64,000 nucleotides of DNA from Scyliorhinus canicula. Its lineage: Eukaryota. The first letter of the stretch is position 1; each line of letters begins with the position of its first letter. Made by a program: the position numbers and the translations under genes. Under the pieces are notes generated by a model. The model worked only from the letters and a program-made list of their open reading frames with translations. It did no database searches and was not told where the DNA came from. Of this stretch, positions 37,856-51,039 are shown one piece after another. The stretch spans positions 1 through 64,000 of the forward strand of contig NW_024055837.1 in the NCBI RefSeq assembly GCF_902713615.1, written 5' to 3'.

Positions 37856-38373
37856 ATTAAAGCAGCTGCCCAGTGATCTACACTGCTGTCTGACTGTACA
37901 CAGCCCGTGTTACTGAAAGTATTAAAGCAGCTGCCCAGTGATCTACACTGCTGTCTGACTGTACACAGCCGGTGTTGCTGACAGTATTAAAGCAGCTGCC
38001 CAGTGATCTACACTGCTGTCTGACTGTGCACAGCCGGTGTTGCTGAAAGTATTAAAGCAGCTGCCCAGTGATCTACACTGCTGTCTGACTGTGCACAGCC
38101 GGTGTTACTGAAAGTATTAAAGCAGCTGCCCAGTGATCTACACTGCTGTCTGACTGTACACAGCCGGTGTTACTGACAGTATTAAAGCAGCTGCCCATTG
38201 ATCTACACTGCTGTCTGACTGTACACAGCCGGTGTTACTGAAAGTATTAAAGCAGCTGCCCAGTGATCTACACTGCTGTCTGACTGTACACAGCCGGTGT
38301 TGCTGACAGTATTAAAGCAGCTGCCCAGTGATCTACACTGCTGTCTGACTGTACACAGCCGGTGTTACTGAAA
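37856..38373. repeat. Tandem repeat, 65-bp unit, 8 copies
   Basis: ATTAAAGCAGCTGCCCAGTGATCTACACTGCTGTCTGACTGTACACAGCCGGTGTTACTGAAAGT starting at 37856, 37921, 37986, 38051, 38116, 38181, 38246 and 38311. Confidence 0.95.
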
Positions 38374-38549
38374 GCTGATCAATGTGGAGAATCAGGACAG
38401 GATCGATGGAGAGGAAGAGGAGGAGGTGGGATGGTGGAGCCTAATGGAAGAGCCCCCAACTCGGCTGTGGACAACAGGCAACAGAAAGCTGAGTCTGAGT
38501 GGAAAATTATCCTGAGAATCATAATTCACACGGGCATGGATTACCTGGC

Positions 38550-39430
38550 AATGATTATTCACTCTCCCCTCACTCACCCACCCTTATCACTCACACACCC
38601 TCACTCACCTACCTCACTCATTCACCGCACGCACCCACCTTCTCTCACCCACCCTCACTTGCTCACTCAGGCTCAGAAACTCTCTCTCACACTCAACCAC
38701 AAACCCTTAATTACCTATCCTTACGCACCCATTCTCATTCACTCACACTCAATCTCTCACTCACGCACACTCACCGAACCTCACTGACCCAGCCGCACTC
38801 GCATAAACTCACTCACTCACCTTCACTTACCCTCATTCGCCCAACCTCACTCATCCATCCTCACTCTCTCAGCCTCTCTCACCCACCGTCACTCACCGAC
38901 CCTCACTCAACCTCCCTCACCCGCACTCACTCATCTACCCACCCTCTTTCACACTCACTCAGTCATCCTCACCCATCCATCCACCTTCATTCACCCATCC
39001 TCGCTCACGCACCCTCACTCATCCTTACTCATTCAACTTCATTCACTCATCTTCACTCATCCACCTTCACTCACCCTCAATGACGCTCACTCACTAAACC
39101 TTCCTCACCCTCATTCACCCACTCTCACTCATCCATCCAGCCTCACGCCCTCATTCACCAGCCTCACTCACTCTCTCTCACCCTTACTAACTAACCCATT
39201 CTCGCTCATTCACCCTCACTACCCTCATTCATGCGTCCTCATTCACTCACCCTAAATCACTCACCATCCCTCACGCACTCCCACTCACCATCGCCCATTA
39301 ACGGTCACTCACTCCCATTGAGCCATACTCACTCACCCTCATTTAGCCACACTCACTCACACACCCTTATTCACGAATCCTCAGTTACCCATACTCACTC
39401 ACGCTCACTCACCAATCCTCGTTCACCCAC
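38550..39430. repeat. G-poor (CTCA/CCCA)-type low-complexity tract
   Basis: TCACTCACCC-like motifs with almost no G on the + strand. Confidence 0.85.
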
Positions 39431-39559
39431 ATATACGTATAGCTACCAAAGAGTCGTAAACATGTTCAAGCTAAAACACGGGACTAGTTGTGTGCCAAAC
39501 AATATAAGCAGCAAGTAATAGACAGCACAAAGTGATTCCACAACAAACACATCAGATTT

Positions 39560-41060
39560 AAGCCCTGTCGTCCTGCCACATGCGGCCCTGAATGTGGCAG
39601 GTTCCAGAAATATCCCCATCCTTGATTATGGAGGAGCTCAGCACATCTGTGCAAAAGACCAGACTGAAATATTCACAACGATCTTGAGCCAGAAATGCCG
39701 AGTGGATGATCCATCTCCTTCTCTTCTGGCGGTCCCCAGAATCACAGATGTCAGTCTTCAGCCAATACGATTCAGTCCACGTGATAACAAGACATGGCTG
39801 AAGGCACTGGATACTGCAAAGGCTATAGGCCCTGGCAACATTCCGGCAACACTACTGAAGGCTTGTGCTCTAGAATAATAATAATAATAATCTTTATTGT
39901 CACAAGTAGGCTTACATTAACACTGCAATGAAGTTACTGTGAAAAGCCCCGAGTCACCACATTCCAGTGCCTGTTCGGAGGGAGAATTCAGAAAGTCCAA
40001 ATTACCTAACCTGCTGGACCCCAAGCTGTTCCAGTACAGAGACAACACTGGCATCTACTGGCAATATGGAAAATTGCCCAGGTGTGTCCTGTACACAAGA
40101 ACCAGGACAAATCCAACCCACCAATTACTGCCCTATCAGACTACTCTCAATTATCAGCAAATTGATGTAAACAGCCATCGAAAATGCTATCCAATGGCAC
40201 TTACTCAGTAATAACCTGCTCACGGACGCTCAGTTTGGGCTCCACCAGGGTCACTATGCCCCTGACCACATTACAGCCTTGGTTTAAACATGGATAAAAG
40301 CGCTGAATGCCAGAGGTGAGGTGAGAGTGTCTGCCCTGGACATCAAGGCAGCACTTGACCAAATATGGCATCAAGGAGCCCTAGAAAAACTGGAGTCAAT
40401 GGGAAGCAGAGGGGAAACTGTGCGCTGGTTGGAGTCATGGCCTGCACAAAGGAAGATGGTTGCGGTGGTTGGAGGTCAATCATCTCAACTACAGTAGTTC
40501 TTCAGGGTAGTGTCCGAGGACAAAACTATCCCCAGCTTCTTCATTTATGACCTCCCATCCAATATAAGGTCAGAAGTGGGGGTGTTCGCAGATGACTGCA
40601 CAATGTTCAGCACCATTCACGTCTCCTCAGGTAATGAAGAAGTCCATGTCCAAACGCAGTAAAACGTGGAAAATTTCCAAGCGTAGGCTGAAAAGTCACA
40701 AGTTACAGTCGTGCAACACAAGTGTCAGGCAGTGGCCATCTCTTACAAGAGAGGATCTAACCATCACTTCTTGACATTCAACGTCATTACCTACGGTGCA
40801 GCCCCCACAATCAACATCCTGGGAGTTACCATTGATCAGAAACTGAAGAGGATAAGCCACATTAATACTGTGGCTACCAGAACAAATCAAAAGCTAGAAA
40901 TCCTACGGCGGGTAACTCACCTCCTGACCCCCCCCCCAAAAGCCTGGGTCCGCCATCTACAAGGCACAAAGCAGGAGTGTAATGTAATACTCTCCACTTG
41001 CCCAGTTGAATACAGCTCCAACAACATTCAAGCAGCTCGATAACGTCCAGGACAAAGCAG
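39560..41060 (+). mobile_element. Degenerate CR1-clade LINE RT fragment with a SINE-tail insertion (about 39873-39990)
   Basis: LKALDTAKAIGPGNIP, WKIAQVCPVH..SNPTNYCPIRLLSIISK and FADDCT motifs. Confidence 0.65.
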
Positions 41061-41064
41061 CCAG

Positions 41065-41300
41065 TTCACAGCGCCAGGGTCCGAGGTTCGATTCCCGGCT
41101 TGGGTCACTGTCTGTGCGGAGTCTGCACGTTCTCCCCGTGGGTTTCCTCCGGGTGCTCCGGTAGGTGAGTTGGACAGTCTGAATTCTCACTCAGTGTACC
41201 CAAACAGGTGTCAGAATGCGACGACTACGGGATTTTCAAAGTAAGCTCATTGCAGTGTTAATGTAAGCTTACTTGTGACACTAATAAAGATTACTATTAT
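41065..41300 (+). mobile_element. V-SINE with (ATT)n tail; also 58790-59070
   Basis: B box GGTTCGATTCCC, V core, TAATAAAGATTACTATTATT tail. Confidence 0.75.
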
Positions 41301-41580
41301 TATAAGCTCACTCACCCAGGCTCATTGACTCACTCTCACTCATTCTCTAACCCTCACTGACCGACACTCAGTCAACCACCCTCACTAACCTACCCTCACT
41401 CGCCCAAACAAATTCACTCCCACTCACTCACCCTCCTTCCCACATGCTCACTGAGTCCCCCTCACACATTCAGCTGCATTCATTCACTCAAACTCCCTCC
41501 ATCATCATCTCTCACTCTCTCAATCTCGCTCGTCCACCCACACTTACTCATTCCCACGCACCTTAATCATTCAAGTACAC

Positions 41581-42330
41581 TTACTCATCCTCACACACCT
41601 TATTCATTCATCCACACTTACTCATCCTCACACACCTTATTCATTCATCCACACTTACTCATCCTCACACACCTTATTCATTCACCCACCCTTACTCATC
41701 CTCATGCACCTTATTCATTCAGCCACCCTCACTCGTCCTCACACACCTTATTCTTTCACCCACTCTCACTCGTCCTCGCACACCTTATTCATTCACCTAC
41801 CTTTACTCGTCCTCGCACGCCTTATTCTTTCACCCACTCTCACTCATCCTCACACACCTTATTCATTCACCCACCCTTACTCGTCCTCGCACACGTTATT
41901 CATTCAGCCACTCTCACTCATCCTCACACACCTTATTCTTTCACCCACCCTTACTCGTCCTCGCACACGTTATTCATTCAGCCACTCTCACTCATCCTCA
42001 CACACCTTATTCTTTCATCCGCTCTCACTCATCCTCACACACCTTATTCATTCACCCACCCTTACTCGTCCTCGCACACGTTATTCATTCAGCCACTCTC
42101 ACTCATCCTCACACACCTTATTCTTTCATCCACCCTCACTCATCCTCACACACCTTATTCATTCAGCCACTCTCACTCATCCTCACACACCTTATTCATT
42201 CACCTACCCTTACTCATCCTCACACACCTTATTCATTCATCCACTCTCACTCATCCTCACACACCTTATTCATTCATCCACTCTCACTCATCCTCACACA
42301 CCTTATTCATTCACCTACCCTTACTCGCAC
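41581..42330. repeat. 37-bp minisatellite (about 20 copies) inside a G-poor tract spanning about 41300-42640
   Basis: Unit TTACTCATCCTCACACACCTTATTCATTCATCCACAC at 41581, 41618, 41655 and onward. Confidence 0.85.
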
Positions 42331-43940
42331 GCTCATCTAACCTTACTCACACAGCCTCAGCAACTCACTTACAATCAGTCACTCGCCCTCTATATCCACC
42401 GTCATTAGCTCACCTCCACTTACTCACTCACCCACTCTCCAGTCCCTCACTCACTTACCCTTACACGCACTCTTCGTAACTCACTCTCACTCACCTCAGT
42501 AACCCGCCAAGTAACTCAACTCACTCAATCACCAACTCTAATCCGTTCACCCTCGCTCATTCACTCTCACTCACCGATCCTCTATCATCATTCCTCACTC
42601 CTTCACACTCATTCACCCTCATTCAACAAGCCTTTATGACCCACCCTCACTCATCCGCACATCCCACCCAGACAGGGGGAAGTACCAGGCGCCGAGGTAA
42701 AGTGAAAATAAGCAGGACAATTGCACATCACCTGGGGCAGCAGGGTAGCATGGTGGTTAGCATAAATGCTTCACAGCTCCAGGGTCCCAGGTTCGATTCC
42801 CGGCTGGGTCACTGTCTGTGTGGAGTCTGCACGTCCTCCCCCTGTGTGCGTGGGTTTCCTCCGGGTGCTCCGGTTTCCTCCCACAGTCCAAAGATGTGCG
42901 GGTTAGGTGGATTGGCCATGCTAAATTGCCCGTAGTGTCCTAATAAAAGTAAGGTTAAGGGGGGGGGTTGTTGGGCTACAGGTATAGGGTGGATACGTGG
43001 GTTTGAGTGGGGTGATCATGGCTCGGCACAACATTGAGGGCCGAAGGGCCTGTTCTGTGCTGTACTGTTCTATGTTCTATGTTCTATGTTCTACCTGAGA
43101 AAAGTGCAGAGAGGCTGAGGAAAGTGCAGAGAGCCTGAAAAATGGCAGAGTTGGGGAGCAATGCAGAGGACCAGTGGCAAATGCAGGAAAAGTGAATAGA
43201 TTCAGATGATGCTACAAGACGTCTTGGCGAAACTGGTGGCAGCTGGAAAGCGCAGTGAGCTGGTTATCGGGAGAAGGCAGAATGTCGAAATAACACTACA
43301 ATCAGCTGAGCCACGATCTTAATAAATTGCGGAGGAGGCTCGTGGGACCCAGTGGACGATTCCTGCTACTGTATTGAAGTACACGAAACCAGGATTACAG
43401 ATTACAGAATATCTTGAACACTACGCAAATTTGGGGTTTCATGTTCATTACGTAAATATTCATTCGAGGGATTTTTGAAGCCAAGTCACTATTCGCTGTG
43501 AGATGAATGGTAGTGAGAGGAGAGGAGGTGGCATCGGTCAGTTTGAACATGAGCAATTTGTAAAACTGCAAGATATAAATGAAGAGAACCTTCTTTATCA
43601 CTAAGTGCTGTTGTTTCAGAAATAAATTGTGGCACAAATAATGCAGTAAATTGCCTGCTCTTCTCTATTACTCCAACGAATGGTGCGTCATTCAAGTGAA
43701 ATTGCATTTTATTTGTTGTGAAGTGATAGAGACGGAAAAATAGATGTGAGTTTCTAAAGAGAGAACAAACAGGTGGTGATTCCAAAATTATGGAACTAAT
43801 AGAAGCTTAAATCTGGCTGTGGGATTTAATTAGAATATTTTAGGATAATTTAATTTTCCCGGTCAAATTTTGAAATGTTTGGTTACTGAAAAATCACAAA
43901 TAACAGAGTCTAACTTGTTGAATGGGCCATTCTCTCCCAG

Positions 43941-44240
43941 CAACACCGTCTCCGCCCACTCTCTACAGCCTGGTCTCCTCCTGTCAGCAACACAACACCA
44001 ATGGCTCCATGACCTACGGCTGTTTGGCGATGGACTACTCCCCAGAAATCACCAGCCTTACCTGGAAGAAAGATGGGCAGCTGATCACCAACGGAGTTAA
44101 TAAATACCCATCAGTGAGAAACAAGAAGGGAACCTACACCCTGAGCAGCCAGTTAATCATCACCGAGTCAGAGAGGGGATGCAGCAACATCAGCTGTGAG
44201 GTTCGACACAGCGGCTCAGACAAGAGCATGGAAATGACAT
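43941..44240 (+). CDS. IGHM: IgM heavy-chain Cmu1 exon
   Basis: [48 protein letters not shown]; CCCAG acceptor at 43940 and T|GTAAGT donor; 300 nt, phase 1/1. Confidence 0.96.
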
Positions 44241-44452
44241 GTAAGTGTTGTAGAAACTGTGACAAATAGAACAGTTATGATTCCCTTGTATAGGGTCTTG
44301 GTTAGAACACACTAATACTAATCTGCATTGTCTTGATCCCGCGAAATTCCAGGTTAGTGTCTACTGACCGCTAAATAGCTTTTTAAGTATGAGGTTGTTT
44401 GATTTATTCTCAATTTCGTCTGTAAGAAATGTCTAACTTGTGTTTCTTGAAG

Positions 44453-44764
44453 GCCCTCCACCTGTCAACACTCCAAATGTTCTCCTCACCGTGAGTTTCC
44501 GTGACAAAATCATAAGACAGAAATTTGCAATCATCGTCTGTTCAATCATCCATTTCCGTCCAAAGTCGATGACGGTGAAGTGGCTGAAGAATGGACAAGC
44601 CATGGGTTCAGGAATTGTCACCTCTCCCGCCTGTGAAGTGAACGGGAACTTCTCGGTGAGCAGTCGGCTGACCGTCTCCGCTGGGGAATGGTTCAGCAAA
44701 GCGGTCTATACCTGCCAGGTCACTCATCGAGAGGTCACCCAAAGTCTGAACATCGCCTCGTCTG
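44453..44764 (+). CDS. IGHM: IgM heavy-chain Cmu2 exon
   Basis: [42 protein letters not shown]; AG acceptor 44451-44452 and G|GTAAGA donor; 312 nt. Confidence 0.95.
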
Positions 44765-45400
44765 GTAAGAGACACAAACAGAGGAAACAATAAATCATCC
44801 TGAACTCTGATGTAGATCAATATCAGGAATTTGTTGAAGTTAGTATAAAGCACAGAACAACTTCTAATATACTGCCATGTAGTTTGTGATTCATTCTGAT
44901 GTAAGAGCTGCATTAGGATTGCTCAACATTCAGGATGTTATAAGAAGAGCAAAGAATATTTCCTCTACTTTTAAGCCATTTAGTGAGTGAGGTGGACTTG
45001 ATGTCAGCATTATCCTGAGACAGCTGATTATATTTGAGAGGCAGTGGGTGTCTGGAACCCTTTACTGATAACAACTCCGGGTAAAGTGTTGGAAAGTTCA
45101 TCCAACCTATTTTTAAATCAGCCTTCGGCATTAGGTTTCTGAGATCAGGACTGGAATATTTGTATTGGGAATGCTGCAATACTGATTCATTAGAATGATA
45201 TCGTGGCTGACTGTATTTCACAATGAGAATAGTTTTCACAAATCAAACTGGTTTGCCATTGTGTATAGATGATTAAGAGCGATCGTTTGAGATTGATATT
45301 TCTAAGTTGATTTATTCCCATTGAGTGAGTGAAGGCTGAATCCTGCTGTCCTGATTCTGAAGCTGAAACTTGGGTTGATTTCCACTTTTTTCAATCACAG

Positions 45401-45709
45401 ATCTTTCCCCTTGCACTGATGCCTCAGTAACAATACTGCCACCGCCAATAGAACAGGTCTTACTGGAGGCGACTGTAACCTTAACCTGCGTCATTTCGAA
45501 TGCTCCCTATGGAGTCAACGTGTCCTGGAGTGAAGCGAAGAAGCCGCTGAAATCAGAGATTGCCGACCAGCCTGGGGCAGATACTGAGAGCGTGGTCAGC
45601 AAATTAAACATCTCCACACAAGCCTGGCTGAGTGGGGCTGTGTTTGACTGTGTGGCGAGCCATCAGGACCTGCCAACTCCTTTAAGAAATTCCATGCGTA
45701 AGAAAATAG
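45401..45709 (+). CDS. IGHM: IgM heavy-chain Cmu3 exon
   Basis: [47 protein letters not shown]; CACAG acceptor and G|GTGAGT donor; 309 nt. Confidence 0.95.
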
Positions 45710-45924
45710 GTGAGTGGAGAGATTGGAGCAATAAGTGAGCCATTGTGTCCATTCCAAGTGACAGCGCAACGGTGAATATTCAGTGTATTTCTGGTCTATT
45801 CGGATTTCCACTAACTAAATACTCTTGGCCTCTAGACCTTATGGGGGGAATTGATATGCAGATGAATGAACAGTGAATTGAAGGCGGTGATATTGGGTTT
45901 TGATAGAAAAAGACCATCGACTAG

Positions 45925-47040
45925 AAGACGTAAGAGCAGACTGAGGCCATTGGGCCCATCGAGGCTGCCCGGCTTTCAGTGAGAGCATGACTGATCTGAT
46001 ATAATCCTCAATTCTACTTTCTCGCGGTAACCCCTCATCCCTTAATTTATTTACTCATTAGAAATCTGTACATCTCAGCTTTAAACATACTTTACGACCC
46101 AATTCCCACATCTTATCTCTGTTAAAGATTTCCTCAGGTTCACTATCCTCTGCGAGAAGAAATTCCTCCTCTTATTTGTCTTAACTGGGCGACCCCTTAC
46201 TTTGCGATTGTACCCTCTGGTTCTAGACTCTGCCACAAGGAAAGCAACCACTCAGTATCTACCCTGTCAAACCTGCTGAGGATCTTTTATGTCTGATTAG
46301 GTTCCCTGAATTATTCTAATCCCCAGTGAGTGCACGCCCAATCTACTCAACCCCTCCTCATAATAAAATCCCTCCATACCCGGGCTCAACATCATGAAGA
46401 TTCTCTGAACTGCTTCCCAAATCAGTATGCCTTCATTAGATAAGGGCACCAAAACTGTTCAAAGTAAATCAGGTGTGGTCTAACTAGTGTACTGTTAGTT
46501 TTAGCAAAACGTTCCTATTTTTATATTCCTTTCCTTTAAAATAAAGGTCAACATTCAATTTGACTTCCCTATTACCTTCAGAACTTGCATGCTAGATCTT
46601 TGTGATTTATGTGTGAGATCCCCCCCAAATCTATTTGTGCTGCAGTTCTCTGCAGTCTTTCTCCATCTAAATAAAATTGAACTATTTTGTTCCTCCTATG
46701 AAACTGTTCAGTCTCACATTTTCCGACGTTATATTCCATCCGCCAAGTCACTTAACCTGTCTCTGTCCCTCTGTAGATTATCTGTGTTATCCTCACCACT
46801 TGCCTTCCTACCAATTTGTGTCATCCGCAAACTTGGCAATAATAGTCACTTATCAAACGCTGTTTTGGAATTCATGCATATCAAATCTACTGTTTCCCAT
46901 TTCTCTTGCCTGCTCCTCACCACCTCAAAAAATATAATAAATTTGTCAGGCTATTACATCCGTTCTAATGGACTCTAATGGTTTCCCACTGACAGATGTT
47001 AAGGTCACTGGTCTATAGTTAGCTGTTTTCTTCACCCTCC
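45925..47040 (-). mobile_element. Degenerate CR1 LINE 3' fragment(s) in the Cmu3-Cmu4 intron
   Basis: Reverse complement of CR1 RT C-terminal region and tail (GGCCCAATGGCCTCAGTCTGCTC). Confidence 0.65.
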
Positions 47041-47379
47041 TTTTTGAATAAGATTGGCAGTGTTACAATCCTGTGGGAGTAAGGTGCGGGGGGAGGGGAG
47101 CCAGGTGTGGAGCTTCTACACCAGCACAGGACAGTTGGGCTGAATGGCCTGTTTCCCTGCTGTTTGCTTTGTGCAACTTTCCAGTCCCAAAGACGTACAT
47201 TTTCAGGAAACATTATTGTGTCCACCTCTGCTCCGAGCTAGGAAACCGGACAGATCCCAAAGTGGAAAATGGAAACCTTCAAAATCCAACACAAAACACA
47301 TTTCTCCCACATCTAACCCGCGGTTCCATTGTCTCCGGAATTCCCCATTTTATTGATATTTGTTGTACATTTTCTGCAG

Positions 47380-47771
47380 ATCCCAATCCGCGGGAACCGT
47401 CCGTCTCTGTCCTCCTGCCCTCGGCTGAAGACGTCTCCGCTCAGAGATTCGTCTCCCTCAGCTGCTTAGTGAGAGGTTTCTCCCCCCGAGAGATCTTCGT
47501 CAAGTGGACCGTCAATGACAAGCCGGTGAATCCCGGGAACTACAAGAACACCGAGGTGATGGCGGAGAACGGCAATAGCTCCTTCTTCATGTACAGCCTG
47601 TTATCCATTGCAGCGGAGGAGTGGGCCAGCGGCGCTTCTTACTCCTGTGTGGTGGGACATGAAGCCATCCCCTTGAAGATCATCAACAGAACGGTTGATA
47701 AATCCAGCGGTAAACCGAGTTTTGTGAACATTTCCCTCGCTCTGATGGACACTGTTAATTCATGTCAATGA
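47380..47771 (+). CDS. IGHM: IgM Cmu4 exon (47380-47709) plus secretory tailpiece [20 protein letters not shown]
   Basis: [48 protein letters not shown]; internal donor G|GTAAA at 47710 for the membrane form; tailpiece NIS sequon and penultimate Cys. Confidence 0.97.
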
Positions 47772-47794
47772 GAATCTATCACATTTCAAACATC

Positions 47795-47810
47795 AATAAA
47801 TAATAATAAA
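47795..47810 (+). terminator. Poly(A) signals for secreted mu mRNA
   Basis: AATAAA at 47795-47800 and 47805-47810. Confidence 0.75.
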
Positions 47811-49328
47811 GGTTTTTTTCCCCCCTACAATTGTGATTTAAATACACAACCGCTTAATTAATGGTGCTTCCGGTTTGCTGATGTTAGATTTGTTTAATGA
47901 GACCCGGATTTCTACAGGTCTCTGACCAACGAGTTGTAAAACCCGCACTCGCAGATACACCCTGTGTTAGAGTCTAATTTAAACTCAGTCATTCCAGGAT
48001 TCAGCATAATATCGTCTTCGACTTTCCTCCCGCTGAGGAGAAATCGGATCATTCCCATTTCAGACGAACAGACTCATGGCATTGAGATCTCAGTGTTCCT
48101 AATTCTCAGATTGTCCATCCCTTTAAGATTGATGTCAGTTGCTGCATCACACCCACTGGGACCTGAATTGACGGTTTCACACAAACATGGACCAACAATC
48201 CCCCGTCAAAGGGACGGGAAAGCGAAATCGTTTTTTTTTGTTTCAGTTCCCAATCATTTTTCTTCCAATTGAGGGGCAATTTAGCGTGGCCAATCCGCCT
48301 ACCCTGAACATCTTTGGGCTGTTGGGGTGATACGCACGCAGATACGGGGAGAATGTGCAAACCCCACACGGACAGTGATCTGGGGCCGCGATCGATCCGA
48401 GTTCCACTGCGTCGCGAGGCAACGGTGCTAACCACAATGCCACTGTAGCGCCCGCTGGAAAGCGAAATAGTTAACCCACTGTACCCCACTACCACAACAA
48501 AGAGAGGAGGGACATTACTTAACCCACTGGACTGCCACTTGCACCAAAAAGAGATGAAGAGCATTAGTTAACCACTGTACCCACACTTCCCAAAAGAGGG
48601 GGTGGGGCAGATATTAACCCACTTTATCCTGTCTCCCTCACAAAGAGCGATTAACCTATTTCACCTCCACGCTCCCGACCACCAAACGAGGAGTAAGGTC
48701 ACCACTGTATCTCCAAGTGCACAACAGGGGAACCCAAAGGGAATTTGCGTAGCTGACCAGAGAGAAGAAGAAAATAACTTACTATCCTCACATTCCACAA
48801 GCATGGAGTTTGGGAGTGGACGGATATCTACTCTATGGACTGACATTGCAAGACGGCTTGCAGATTACTGGCTGAAGGTTTTAAAAGACGATCATGTTTA
48901 AGATATTCTTAAGATATCAATTTGTGCAACATAATTTGAACTTTTTAAGCACTCTTTTTCCCTCTTATCCGTATGTCAAGGATGATTCCCCATCATCCAA
49001 ACTGGTGATTGGGTTGTCCCTGGGTTTCCACGGTTCTCTCCTGAAGCACCTCAATGTATTTTTGCATTAGGTCACCTTGCACAAAACAGATGCACAGTCC
49101 AACATATTCTACATTGGCAGGCACAATACCCAGAACTGGCAAAGCTATAGGGAGCTGATACAAATTCACAGACACACAGATAAACAGACACAAACACTAC
49201 GCATACATGCACACGTACATACACCCACAGACATACACTCGCGCACACACACAAATACACACACACATCGAACCCCATGCGTTAGCATAAACCCTGGCAC
49301 ATCGAAACACGAAAACAGACGCAAACAT

Positions 49329-50219
49329 TTTTTTTATAAATGTTTTTTATTGAGTTTTCATGTTTTATATATGACAAGTTACAAATTATTAGAGAGATAA
49401 AAAGAAAACACAAAAATTTAACATGTATATTTACAGGTAAGCATCTTTATAACAACAATTGTGGCTGCCCCCTTTAGCCAGCACACATATTTTACATTCC
49501 CCAATATGGCCGAGGCACATGTTTATAGGCATTTATTTATAGTTTGGTTTTGGGCCTTAGCTTGCAATCAAACCCCCATAACGAACCCGTAACCCCCCCC
49601 CCCTCCCCCCCCCCCCCCCGGCTACCTTCCCCCGATTCCCGTCCATTTTCCCCTGGTTCTTGGCCACCCGACTATTCTTCCTTTTGTACGTTGGCCACAA
49701 ACAGGTCCCAGAACAGTTGCATGAATGGCTCCCACGTTCTATGGAAGCCGCCGTCTGGCCCTCGGATGGCGAATTTGATTTTCTCCATTTGGAGAGATTC
49801 CGAAAGGTCGGACAGCCAGTCTGCAGCTCTGGGCGGTGCTGCTGACCGCCAGCCAAACAGGATTCTACGGTGAGCAATCAGGGAGGCAAAGGCAAGGGCG
49901 TCCGCCCTCCTCCCCAGGAATAGATCTGGCTGGTCTGAAACCCCGAAGACCGCCACTATCGGGCACGGCTCCACCCTCACCCCCACCACTTTGGACATAA
50001 CCTCGAAGAAGGCTGTCCAGTAATCCACAAGTCTGGGGCAAGACCAGAACATGTGGGCGTGGTTGGCCGGGCCTCTTTGGCACCGTTCACATCTATCCTC
50101 CACCTCCGGGAAGAACCTGCTCATACGGTTTCTCGTTAAGTGGGCTCTATGTACCACTTTTAGTTGCGTCAGGCTGAGCCTTGCGCATGTGGAGGTGGAG
50201 TTGACCCTATGCAGTGCTT
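49329..50219 (-). mobile_element. 5'-truncated L1-clade 3' end
   Basis: ORF 49672..50157 (CERCQRGPANHAHMFWSC); A-tail at 49329; approximate 15-bp TSD AACA(GA/TG)CGCAAACAT (49314-49328, 50220-50234). Confidence 0.85.
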
Positions 50220-50234
50220 AACATGCGCAAACAT

Positions 50235-50845
50235 AAGATTAGGGAGGTTATGCTGCAATTGTATAAGGTGTTAGTGAGGCCACACCTGGAGTATTGTGTT
50301 CAGTTTTGGTCTCCTTACTTGAGAAAGGACATACTGGCACTGGAGGGTGTGCAGAGGAGATTCACTAGGTTAATCCCAGATCTGAACGGGTTGGATTACG
50401 AGGAGAGGTTGAGTAGACTGGGACTGTACTCGTTGGAATTTAGAAGGATGAGGGGGCATTTTATAGAAACATAAAATTATGAAGGGAATAGATAGGATAG
50501 ATGAGGGCAGGTTGTTTCCACTGGCGGCTGAAAGCAGAACTAGGGGGCATAGCCTCAAAATAAGGGGACGTAGATTTAAAACTGGGTTTAGGAGGAACTT
50601 CTTCACCCAAAGGGTTGTGAATCTATGGAATTCCTTACCCAGTGAAGCAGTAGAGGCTCCTTCATTAAATGTTTTTAAGATAAAGATAGATCGTTTTTGA
50701 AGAATAAAGGAATTAAGGGTTCTGGTGTTCGGGCAGGAAAGTGGAGCTGAGTCCACAAAAGATCAGCCATGATCTCATTGAATGGTAGAGCAGGCTCGAG
50801 GGGCCAGATGGCCTACTCCTGCTCCTAGTTCTTATGTTCTTATGT
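50235..50845 (+). mobile_element. CR1 LINE 3' fragment
   Basis: [25 protein letters not shown]; TTCTTATG tail. Confidence 0.85.
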
Positions 50846-51039
50846 AACATACACACAAACACAAAAAGCACAAGTATAAACACACACACGTGCGCGCACA
50901 CACACATACACAAATACACACACAAGCAAGCACACGAATATACACAAACATGCATGTACACCCTCATGAATACACAGATATACAAAGGTGAAAACATAAA
51001 CATATAAAGCCAGACAAGCAGGATGTGCTGGAAATTTTG

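Noticed and set aside
37856-38373. CRISPR-like or RSS array
   Set aside because: Units are contiguous with no unique spacers; CACAGCC heptamer-like words have no nonamer; the context is eukaryotic.
38499-42408. His/Thr/Ser-rich ORFs 38499..39083 and 41704..42408
   Set aside because: Products of G-poor low-complexity and 37-bp repeats that lack stop codons; they are intronic.
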